From positions 1,248,001 to 1,312,000 of the forward strand of contig CAWDEM010000004.1 in NCBI GenBank assembly GCA_963801355.1: a stretch of DNA of 64,000 bases, written 5' to 3'. The position numbers and the translations under genes were made by a program. This document shows positions 56,103-64,000 of this stretch, piece after piece; position 1 is the first letter of the stretch; every line of letters starts with the position of its first letter. The notes below the pieces were generated by a model. That model was not told the DNA's origin. It ran no database searches and worked only from the letters and a program-made list of their open reading frames with translations. The DNA is from Ignavibacteriota bacterium (GTDB lineage: Bacteria; Bacteroidota; Ignavibacteria; UBA10030; UBA6906).

Positions 56103-56870
56103 ATGAGAATCACACGTGCGGTCGTTCCCAGTCTCTTTACCGTGCTGAACATGTTTTCCGGCTTCATGTCCATTATCCATGCGAGCCACAATGAATTCAT
56201 TCCCGCCTGCTGGTTTATCGTCCTGGCGGCGGGATTCGATGCGCTCGACGGCATCATGGCGCGCATCACGAAGTCTACATCGCAGTTCGGCGTCGAGATC
56301 GACTCGCTGTCGGATGTTGTCTCGTTCGGTGCGGCGCCGGCGTTTCTGGTGTATCAGTATGGGCTCGGCTCGATGGACGGGCTCGGGATTTTCCTCAGTT
56401 CGCTGTTGATGATCTTTGCGGGCCTGCGGCTCGCGCGCTTCAACGTGCAGCTCGTCGGTTTCGACAAGGACCATTTTGTGGGCCTGCCGGTCCCCGTCAG
56501 CGCCATTACGGTTGCTTCCTTCATCATCAACGCCGTGAACGGCATCGAGCCGTTCACAGCCATTGCGCCGGCGGTGCTCCCGTGGCTGACCGTGGTGCTG
56601 GCATTCCTGATGGTGAGCAAGGTCCGCTACGATACGCTTCCGAAGGTCTCGGCGCGGGCCATACGGAAGGAGCCGTGGAAGTTCATATTTTTCGCCCTTG
56701 CGGCGATCGTGGTGTCGGTCACGGCAGGAAGTGCGATCTTTCCGCTGTTCATGCTGTTTATCCTGATAGGACTGATCCGGTACCTGGGAAGCGCCGTGAA
56801 GAGGCTCGTCCATGCCGGACCGTCGTATGAAGGGGAGGAGCGCATCGGTCATTCACGTGTAGATTCCTGA
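56103..56870 (+). CDS. pssA: CDP-diacylglycerol--serine O-phosphatidyltransferase
   Basis: DALDGIMAR..FGVEIDSLSDVVSFG, RLARFN, FVGLP motifs. Confidence 0.92.
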   Translation: MRITRAVVPSLFTVLNMFSGFMSIIHASHNEFIPACWFIVLAAGFDALDGIMARITKSTSQFGVEIDSLSDVVSFGAAPAFLVYQYGLGSMDGLGIFLSSLLMIFAGLRLARFNVQLVGFDKDHFVGLPVPVSAITVASFIINAVNGIEPFTAIAPAVLPWLTVVLAFLMVSKVRYDTLPKVSARAIRKEPWKFIFFALAAIVVSVTAGSAIFPLFMLFILIGLIRYLGSAVKRLVHAGPSYEGEERIGHSRVDS

Positions 56871-56880
56871 AAGAGCTCCC

Positions 56881-57132
56881 ATGGTTCGTTCCCGCATTCA
56901 TATCACATTGCGTCCCTCTATCCTGGATCCGCAGGGCAAAGCAGTGTCGCATGCGATCGGCTCGCTCGGGGTCGCCGGCGTACAATCCGTCCGCATGGGC
57001 AAGTATATCGAAGTGACCTTTGATGGGAGCGATGTTGACGGGGCGCGCGCCGCGACTGAAGAAATTTGCAGGAAACTGTTGGCGAATCCGGTGATGGAAG
57101 ACTACCGGTTTGACGTGGAGAGCGTAGCGTGA
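56881..57132 (+). CDS. purS: FGAM synthase subunit PurS
   Basis: [18 protein letters not shown] motifs. Confidence 0.95.
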   Translation: MVRSRIHITLRPSILDPQGKAVSHAIGSLGVAGVQSVRMGKYIEVTFDGSDVDGARAATEEICRKLLANPVMEDYRFDVESVA

Positions 57133-57878
57133 AGAACGGTCTGGTGCGATTCGGGGTGGTGGTGTTTCCGGGGTCGAACTGCGACCACGATGCCTACCAG
57201 GTGTGCAAGAAGATCCTCGGTCAGGATGCGGTCTTTCTCTGGCACAAGGAGCATTCGTTGCAGGACGTGGACGCGGTGATTTTGCCCGGAGGGTTTTCCT
57301 ATGGGGATTATCTGCGGTGCGGGGCGATAGCACGTTTTTCGCCCGTCATGCGGGAAGTGACGGCCTTTGCAACCGACGGGGGATTGGTGATCGGGATCTG
57401 TAACGGATTCCAGATTCTCGTCGAGGCGGGGCTCCTCCCCGGAGTGTTGTTGCGGAACGATTCGCTGCGCTTTGTGTGCAAACACGTTCACCTGCGGGTC
57501 GAGAACGCCTTCACGCCGTTCACAGGGGATTATGCTCCCGGAGAAGTACTGACCGTCCCCATTGCGCACGGTGACGGCAATTATTTCGTGGACGACGGGA
57601 CACTCCGCCAGCTGGAAGAACAGGGGCGGATAGTCTTTCGATATTGCGATGCACAGGGCGCGGTGACACCCGCGGCAAATCCCAATGGCTCGTTGGCCAA
57701 CATCGCCGGCATCATCAATGAGGCAGGTAATGTGTTGGGAATGATGCCGCATCCCGAGCGGGCCTCGGATCCGCTCCTGGGCCATACCGATGGCAGGCGG
57801 CTCTTTGATTCACTGCTCAACCATGTGATGTCCCGCGTCGTGCCGCATGGTTATGGAGAAGGCGCGCAAGTTCACTAA
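57129..57878 (+). CDS. purQ: FGAM synthase glutaminase subunit PurQ
   Basis: [32 protein letters not shown] motifs. Confidence 0.96.
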   Translation: MKNGLVRFGVVVFPGSNCDHDAYQVCKKILGQDAVFLWHKEHSLQDVDAVILPGGFSYGDYLRCGAIARFSPVMREVTAFATDGGLVIGICNGFQILVEAGLLPGVLLRNDSLRFVCKHVHLRVENAFTPFTGDYAPGEVLTVPIAHGDGNYFVDDGTLRQLEEQGRIVFRYCDAQGAVTPAANPNGSLANIAGIINEAGNVLGMMPHPERASDPLLGHTDGRRLFDSLLNHVMSRVVPHGYGEGAQVH

Positions 57879-57901
57879 AGGCAAGTGAGGAGGAACAGGT
57901 A

Positions 57902-58102
57902 ATGGGCAACATCGGCACTACGGAAATCATTCTCATCATCGCTGTGCTGTTCTTGTTTTTCGGGGCAAAGAAGATCCCCGAATTCGCACAGGGCCTTGGC
58001 AAAGGCATCCGCGAGTTCCGGAAAGCCTCGCGGGAGATCCAGGAGGAAATCGATACGGAGTCCAAAAAGCTGGACAGCAAGACTCCGGAGCAGAAAGGGT
58101 AA
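57902..58102 (+). CDS. tatA: Twin-arginine translocase TatA/E
   Basis: FGAKKIPE..GLGKGIREFRK. Confidence 0.92.
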   Translation: MGNIGTTEIILIIAVLFLFFGAKKIPEFAQGLGKGIREFRKASREIQEEIDTESKKLDSKTPEQKG

Positions 58103-58108
58103 CCCACC

Positions 58109-58291
58109 GTGTTGTTCGACAACATCGGCGGCTCGGAACTCCTCGTCGTCATGCTGGTGGTCTTTATCTTTTTCGGGCCCAAGAAGCTGCCCGAAATGGG
58201 AAAGAGCCTTGGCAAAGCACTGCGCGAGTTCAAGAGTGCAATGCGCGGTGTAAAAGAGGATCTGGAGAAATCGACCCGGATCGAACCGTAG
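58109..58291 (+). CDS. Second TatA/TatB-family subunit
   Basis: FGPKKLPE..LGKALREFK. Confidence 0.88.
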   Translation: MLFDNIGGSELLVVMLVVFIFFGPKKLPEMGKSLGKALREFKSAMRGVKEDLEKSTRIEP

Positions 58292-58295
58292 CGAC

Positions 58296-59747
58296 ATGGC
58301 GACGCAAAGGAGCGTGAGCCTGACATCCGCCACATATGGACAGACGCGTCGCGCGGTGGATTCAGGTGTGACAACGTGCGAAGCGACGACACAGAATTTT
58401 CTGGACAGCATTGAGCGCAGGCGGGGGCTGAACGCTTTTCTCTCCGTATTTGGCGAGCGCGCCCTCACCCGGGCGCGGGACATCGACCGGAGACTTGCCG
58501 GGGGACGCGCAGGCCGTTTAGCCGGAATGGTCGTGGGCATCAAAGACGCTCTGTGTGTGAAGCAGGAGCGGTTGACCTGTGCATCACGGATTCTCGGCAA
58601 TTTCGTTTCGCTGTATGATGCAACAGCCGTCGCCCGGCTGGAACAGGAAGACGCGATCATCATCGGGAAGACCAATCTCGACGAATTCGCGATGGGTTCC
58701 TCCACCGAGAATTCCGCGTTCGGTCCCGTGCGCAACCCTGTCGACGAAACGCGCGTCCCGGGCGGCTCGAGCGGTGGCTCCTGCGTCGCTGTGGCGGCCG
58801 GGATGGCGCATACCGCGCTGGGAACCGATACCGGGGGCTCCATCAGACAACCGGCGGCCTTCTGCGGCGTGGTAGGCCTGAAACCCACCTATGGCAGGGT
58901 GTCGCGGTACGGGCTCGTCGCTCTCTCGTCATCGTTCGATCAGATCGGACCGTTTGCCAGCTGCGTCGCCGATGCCGCCCGCGTTCTGCAGGTGATAGCC
59001 GGACATGATCCGCGGGATGCGACATCGGCGTCGGTTCCTGTTCCCGAGTATGCCACATCATTGACGCGCGATGTGCGGGGAGTGCGCATCGGGTTGCCGC
59101 GGGAAGCGTTCGCCGAAGGGCTGAACGCAGAGGTCCGGGCGGCAATTGAAGAGACGGTCGAGCTGTTGCGCCGGGAGGGGGCGATCTTCCGCGAAGTTTC
59201 TCTCCCCCATTCCCGGTACACAATCTCGACGTATTATATTCTGATGACCGCAGAGGCATCCTCTAATCTCGCGAGGTATGACGGGGCCCGGTACGGCCGC
59301 CGTGCCGCCCCCGTCCGCGACCTGTCAGAAATGTATGTGCGCTCTCGCACTGAGGGCTTCGGCGACGAGGTGAAACGGAGAATCATGCTGGGGACCTATG
59401 TGCTCTCCGCCGGCTACTACGACGCATACTATCGGAAAGCTCAAAAAGTCCGGCGTCTTATCCAGGATGATTTCATCGCGGCATTCAGAGAAGTGGAGTG
59501 CATCCTGATGCCGACGAGTCCTACCACCGCGTTCAGCCTCGGCGAGAAGGTCGATGACCCGCTCGCGATGTATCTCTCGGATGTGTATACGGTGTCGGCC
59601 AACCTGGCGGGCGTTCCGGCGATCAGTGTTCCCTGCGGCGCCGACCGGCACGGCCTCCCGATCGGCGTCCAGGTCATCGGCAAACAGTTCGACGAATCGA
59701 TGATTCTCCGCGTCGCCGACACCATTGAGCAGCTGCAGAAACCCTGA
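58296..59747 (+). CDS. gatA: Asp/Glu-tRNA amidotransferase subunit A
   Basis: [39 protein letters not shown] motifs. Confidence 0.96.
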   Translation: MATQRSVSLTSATYGQTRRAVDSGVTTCEATTQNFLDSIERRRGLNAFLSVFGERALTRARDIDRRLAGGRAGRLAGMVVGIKDALCVKQERLTCASRILGNFVSLYDATAVARLEQEDAIIIGKTNLDEFAMGSSTENSAFGPVRNPVDETRVPGGSSGGSCVAVAAGMAHTALGTDTGGSIRQPAAFCGVVGLKPTYGRVSRYGLVALSSSFDQIGPFASCVADAARVLQVIAGHDPRDATSASVPVPEYATSLTRDVRGVRIGLPREAFAEGLNAEVRAAIEETVELLRREGAIFREVSLPHSRYTISTYYILMTAEASSNLARYDGARYGRRAAPVRDLSEMYVRSRTEGFGDEVKRRIMLGTYVLSAGYYDAYYRKAQKVRRLIQDDFIAAFREVECILMPTSPTTAFSLGEKVDDPLAMYLSDVYTVSANLAGVPAISVPCGADRHGLPIGVQVIGKQFDESMILRVADTIEQLQKP

Positions 59748-59821
59748 GCGACTACCGGCTGACGTCAGGATCACAGTGCCGGATCTCACAACGCAACAGT
59801 ACATCATCTCAATGTGAACCT

Positions 59822-60754
59822 ATGAGCATACTCGTCGGCAGGCACACCCGTCTCGTGGTGCAAGGCATCACAGGCGGCGAAGGGACATTTCACACGAAGC
59901 AAATGATGGAATACGGCACAAAGGTGGTCGCCGGTGTCACCCCGGGCAAAGGCGGAACGACCTACGGAGGCACGGATGGTGATCCCTTTCCCAGGCAGGT
60001 GCCGGTGTTCAACACGGTGGCCGCGGCGGTGAAGGCGACGCGTGCGAACACGTCCGTCATCTTCGTTCCGGCCGCATTTGCGGCTGATGCCATGCTCGAG
60101 GCGGCCGATGCCGGCGTGGCATTGATTGTATGCATCACTGAAGGCATCCCGACACGCGACATGCTGACGGCATACGATTTTGTCGCCAGGCGCGGGGTAC
60201 GCCTGATCGGTCCCAACTGCCCCGGTATCATATCTCCGGGGCTGGCTAAGGTCGGCATAATGCCCGGTTTCATTCATAAGAAGGGAAATGTGGGCGTGGT
60301 ATCGAGGAGCGGCACATTGACGTACGAGGCTGTCTGGCAGTTGACCGAGCGCGGGATCGGGCAGTCGACCTGCATAGGCATCGGCGGTGATCCGGTCATC
60401 GGAACCCGCTTCCTGGATGCTCTCAAGTTGTTCAACGATGATCCTGGAACCGCCGGTGTTGTGCTCATCGGAGAAATCGGCGGGACGGCGGAAGAAGAAG
60501 CGGCTGCTTACGTGCGCAAGAACATGAAGAAGCCGGTCGTCGGATTCATTGCCGGGCGGACAGCCCCTCCCGGGCGGCGCATGGGACATGCGGGGGCGAT
60601 CATCTCCGGCGGCAAGGGAACCGCCGAGGAGAAAATGACCGCGATGAAGAAAGCAGGCATCTATGTCGTCGAGAGCCCTGCGCTGATTGGTGAGACAATG
60701 GCGCGCGCGCTGAAATCGGCAAAGGCCAAACCGAGGAAATCCCATGGCCATTGA
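59822..60754 (+). CDS. sucD: Succinyl-CoA synthetase alpha subunit
   Basis: [29 protein letters not shown] motifs. Confidence 0.96.
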   Translation: MSILVGRHTRLVVQGITGGEGTFHTKQMMEYGTKVVAGVTPGKGGTTYGGTDGDPFPRQVPVFNTVAAAVKATRANTSVIFVPAAFAADAMLEAADAGVALIVCITEGIPTRDMLTAYDFVARRGVRLIGPNCPGIISPGLAKVGIMPGFIHKKGNVGVVSRSGTLTYEAVWQLTERGIGQSTCIGIGGDPVIGTRFLDALKLFNDDPGTAGVVLIGEIGGTAEEEAAAYVRKNMKKPVVGFIAGRTAPPGRRMGHAGAIISGGKGTAEEKMTAMKKAGIYVVESPALIGETMARALKSAKAKPRKSHGH

Positions 60755-61172
60755 ACGAACACTCGCGATACTCAAACCGGACTGTGTCCGGAAGAATCTC
60801 CAGGGTGAAGTCATCTCCCGCATTCAGAAAGCAGGATTCAAGATTCTCGGCATGAAGATGGTGCGGTTGAGCCCGGCCAGCGCCGGCGCATTCTACGCCG
60901 TCCACGCAGGCCGCCCCTTCTTCACCGGTCTCGTGGAGTTCATGTGCAGCGGCGCTTGCATGCCGGTTGCGCTCGAGAAGGAAAATGCGGTGGACGACTT
61001 CCGCACGCTGATCGGGAAGACCGATCCTGCCGAAGCCGCTCCAGGAACTATCCGCAAACTCTTTGCAGACAGCAAGGGCGAGAACATCGTCCACGGATCC
61101 GACTCACCCGCGAACGGCACCATCGAGATCGCCTTCTTTTTCCCGGAAAAAGAGCTTGCGGAAAACAGGTAG
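60744..61172 (+). CDS. ndk: Nucleoside diphosphate kinase
   Basis: [23 protein letters not shown] motifs. Confidence 0.96.
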   Translation: MAIERTLAILKPDCVRKNLQGEVISRIQKAGFKILGMKMVRLSPASAGAFYAVHAGRPFFTGLVEFMCSGACMPVALEKENAVDDFRTLIGKTDPAEAAPGTIRKLFADSKGENIVHGSDSPANGTIEIAFFFPEKELAENR

Positions 61173-61202
61173 CGGACTGACCATAGCCCACGGACGCGCG
61201 TC

Positions 61203-61742
61203 ATGGCGCTGATAGCCTGGAAAACGATTTCCCGTTCTATCCAGTTCAAGAATCTCTGGTGGAGCTACGGGCGCGATGCCGTACTCCTGCCTTCGGGGCA
61301 GGAGGGAGAGTATCACTATGTGCATTCCAACGGATCCTCCTGCATTATTCCCGTGGCAACAGACGGCAGAATTCTTCTCGTGAACCAGTTCAGATATCTC
61401 GGGGGGAGGGAGAGTCTGGAATTTCCGTGCGGCGCGGTGAAGGATGGTTCAACACACGACCAGACGGCCTGGCACGAACTCGCGGAAGAGACGGGATACT
61501 CTGCAGTCTCGCTTGTGTGCATCGGTGCCTTCAACCCGTATAACGGTGTCACCGATGAGCTGTGCCGGGTGTACGTCGCCCGTGACCTCCGCGAAGTCGG
61601 GGCATCGCCTGACGACACCGAGGAGTTCGAGCTCGTGACCCTGTCACCCGAAGAAATCGCCGGAAAAATCCGGGAAGGCGCGATCTGGGATGGTATGAGT
61701 ATCGCCGCGTGGTGCATCGCCCGGGAAACAGGAATCATCTAG
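61203..61742 (+). CDS. NUDIX hydrolase (ADP-ribose pyrophosphatase-like)
   Basis: QFRY, EFPCG..ELAEETG Nudix box. Confidence 0.88.
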   Translation: MALIAWKTISRSIQFKNLWWSYGRDAVLLPSGQEGEYHYVHSNGSSCIIPVATDGRILLVNQFRYLGGRESLEFPCGAVKDGSTHDQTAWHELAEETGYSAVSLVCIGAFNPYNGVTDELCRVYVARDLREVGASPDDTEEFELVTLSPEEIAGKIREGAIWDGMSIAAWCIARETGII

Positions 61743-61751
61743 AATAGTCCC

Positions 61752-62969
61752 ATGCTCAAACACTTCGCCATCTTTTCTATGATCATGATTGCACACGCCT
61801 CGGCCATGAACCGGCCCCCCGTCAGTACGGGTGCCGATCGCCTGGTTTCCCACCATATCAAGATACTGGAGGGTAAGCGGATCGGCATGGTCGTCAACCA
61901 GACCAGCAGGCTGAGTTCCGGAGAGTTCATCCTTGACACCCTGCAGAAGGCGGGCATCACCGTCACGGCCCTGTTCGGACCCGAGCATGGCATTCGCGGT
62001 GCAGCGGCCGCCGGCGAGAATGTGCAGGATGGCGTGGACGCGCAATCCGGCGTGCCGGTTTTTTCGCTGTACGGCGAGCGCAACAAACCCACTCCGGAGA
62101 TGCTCCAGAGTGTCGACCTGCTCGTCTACGATATCCAGGACGTCGGGGCACGGTTCTACACCTACATCAGCACTTTGAAGCTCTGCATGGAGGCCGCCGC
62201 CGAACACCATATCCCGTTTCTGGTCCTGGACAGGCCGAACCCTCTCGGCGCGATGGTGGATGGTCCGTTGCTTGACGATTCACTGCGATCGTTCGTCGGG
62301 ATGGTCCGCATCCCTGTCGTGTACGGAATGACATGCGGCGAACTGGCGCAGTTTATGAATGCATCGGGTTGGCTGGCGGGGGGAGTGAAGGCGGATCTCG
62401 CGGTGATCTGGATGGAGGGATGGAACGGAAGCATGAGCTGGCAGGACACTGGACTTCCATGGATCGCACCTTCGCCGAACATACCAACGGCCGCAACGGC
62501 AGAGGTCTATCCGGCCACCTGCTTTCTCGAGGCGACGAACGTGAGTGAAGGACGGGGGACGACGGCACCATTCTTCCTCCTGGGGGCGCCATTTCTCAAC
62601 GCCGACTCCCTCGCCGCCGAACTGAACGCCCGGCAGCTCCCGGGAGTGAGCTTCATCCCTGCGCAGTTCACGCCGACTTCTTCCAAGCATGCGGGGGCAT
62701 TGTGCTATGGCGTGAGGCTGGAAATGCGCGACCGTCTCCTCTTCCGCCCTGTCCTCACAGGTCTGGTGGTGATTTCAGAGTTGCTCCGTCAATACCCCGA
62801 CACGGTGAAGCTCAATCACCGGTGGCTTGGGAAGCTCCTGGGTAAAGCGTCTGTTGCAGGGTTTCTAGAAAGAGGCGGGAATCCTTCCATCATTGAAGGC
62901 GAATGGGAAGCCGGGAACTCGAGCTACATGAACGCCATAATGGGATACAAACACTATCCGGCACGGTGA
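61752..62969 (+). CDS. namZ: DUF1343 / exo-beta-N-acetylmuramidase NamZ family
   Basis: NQTS, FGPEHG, DIQDVGARFYTY, DRPNP, PSPN, SEGRGT motifs. Confidence 0.88.
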   Translation: MLKHFAIFSMIMIAHASAMNRPPVSTGADRLVSHHIKILEGKRIGMVVNQTSRLSSGEFILDTLQKAGITVTALFGPEHGIRGAAAAGENVQDGVDAQSGVPVFSLYGERNKPTPEMLQSVDLLVYDIQDVGARFYTYISTLKLCMEAAAEHHIPFLVLDRPNPLGAMVDGPLLDDSLRSFVGMVRIPVVYGMTCGELAQFMNASGWLAGGVKADLAVIWMEGWNGSMSWQDTGLPWIAPSPNIPTAATAEVYPATCFLEATNVSEGRGTTAPFFLLGAPFLNADSLAAELNARQLPGVSFIPAQFTPTSSKHAGALCYGVRLEMRDRLLFRPVLTGLVVISELLRQYPDTVKLNHRWLGKLLGKASVAGFLERGGNPSIIEGEWEAGNSSYMNAIMGYKHYPAR

Positions 62970-63028
62970 TTTCGTAACTCGGAACTGCCGGAAATTGAGT
63001 ATTTTGCCTCGAATTTCTCCAGTTTTTC

Positions 63029-63057
63029 TTGACTCTTCTGGCAAATTTCGTTAAATT
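63029..63057 (+). promoter_or_regulatory. Sigma70-like promoter
   Basis: TTGACT-17 nt-TAAATT. Confidence 0.6.
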
Positions 63058-63099
63058 TCAACGATATTGTGCTATCTGACCAAAAATCACAGAAACAAC

Positions 63100-64000
63100 A
63101 TGGCGGATAACTACCGGACTCCTTCGGTGATCTGGAGGGAGTGGTGTTGTCTTTTGGCGCTTTTGACCGCCGTCGTTGTTCTGTTACTGCTCGGGGACAT
63201 CACGCCTTCTCCGGAAGCGGCATGTGCCGGTACGGGTTTTCTTGCTTTCCTGCGCCGGAAGTACCGTGGCGTCGCAGGGAGCCAGGAAGACAAAAAAGAG
63301 GAGCACGCCGTGGATCCCGAAAAGTCGGAGTCGCAACAGAACCGGATGCTTTTCGATGATTATCAGCCGGGTGCGCAGGGCTATGTAGTGAAGCACGAGG
63401 ATGAAGAACCGCATATCGTTCCGTCTTCCAAATCTGCAAAGCCGATCATTGATGCCGGCGCCCCGGTCCTCCGCGATACCGAAATTGTGGATTTTTTCGA
63501 TCTTGACACGGACGTATCGGGACGAGAGAGTGAACCCCGTGCGGAATTTCATGGACTGGTGGACAAGGCGCTGATCGTGGTGAAGAATACGCTGTTTGCC
63601 CACAGCGCTGCGTTCTTCTGGAGGAATCCCGACCGTAACCAGATTGTCCTGGAGGGGGTGGCAACAGATAGTGCGGCATTTATGACCACCCGCCGGTTTG
63701 ATATAGGGACCGATCTGCTGAGCACGGTTGCGACCGCCGGAAAACCACAGATCGTGTCCGCTGTCAATCCGGCCGCGGAAACGGAGATGCTCCGGTACTA
63801 TGAATCGGCTGCGGGAGTGCGATCCGCAGTGGCAGTGCCGGTCTTCTACAGAAGCAGCGCCCAGGATATCGATACGGTGGGAGTGCTGGTTGCGGACAGC
63901 ACGGCGGAAGATGCCTTCGGGCAGGAGACCGTCGATCTCCTCGGACGGTTCACGAAGCTCATCTCCGGGCTTATCAAGAGCTACACTGACAAGTACGATC
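63100..64000 (+). CDS. Membrane-anchored GAF-domain signalling protein, 3'-truncated by window and absent from the ORF track
   Basis: Hand translation from ATG 63100: hydrophobic N-terminus, then FAHSAAFFW..RSAVAVPVF..GVLVADS..AFG GAF-like motifs; no stop seen before window end. Confidence 0.75.
   Translation, partial: MADNYRTPSVIWREWCCLLALLTAVVVLLLLGDITPSPEAACAGTGFLAFLRRKYRGVAGSQEDKKEEHAVDPEKSESQQNRMLFDDYQPGAQGYVVKHEDEEPHIVPSSKSAKPIIDAGAPVLRDTEIVDFFDLDTDVSGRESEPRAEFHGLVDKALIVVKNTLFAHSAAFFWRNPDRNQIVLEGVATDSAAFMTTRRFDIGTDLLSTVATAGKPQIVSAVNPAAETEMLRYYESAAGVRSAVAVPVFYRSSAQDIDTVGVLVADSTAEDAFGQETVDLLGRFTKLISGLIKSYTDKYD

Overview
High-GC chromosomal window from a Bacteroidota-superphylum bacterium, most likely Ignavibacteria-like (inferred from T9SS C-terminal-domain cargo, a PorV paralog and TonB receptors without SusD). 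It has four blocks. (1) 1-17.3 kb, + strand: a tightly coupled catabolic operon of at least 15 genes (enolase-family racemase, atypical PreA/DHOD-like flavoprotein with ferredoxin, cyclase, M20 and nitrilase amidohydrolases, three kinases, heparinase II/III-like lyase, GH88, sodium:solute symporter). (2) 17.3-23.2 kb, - strand: a convergent corrinoid methyltransferase / split methionine synthase operon. (3) 23.3-37.2 kb: a LytS/LytTR signalling module beside a TonB receptor - large T9SS protein - PorV operon. Three promoters here share the same architecture (CTTCRTCG repeats, exactly 31 nt, then a -10 hexamer), which is the strongest new signal in the window. (4) 37-64 kb: envelope and secreted proteins, tRNA-Glu and tRNA-Gln, and housekeeping genes (psd, pssA, purS, purQ, tatA x2, gatA, sucD, ndk, namZ). 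Two genes carry apparent single-base frameshifts. No CRISPR array, rRNA, integrase or transposase was seen. All product calls come from motif recognition by eye, with no database searches.
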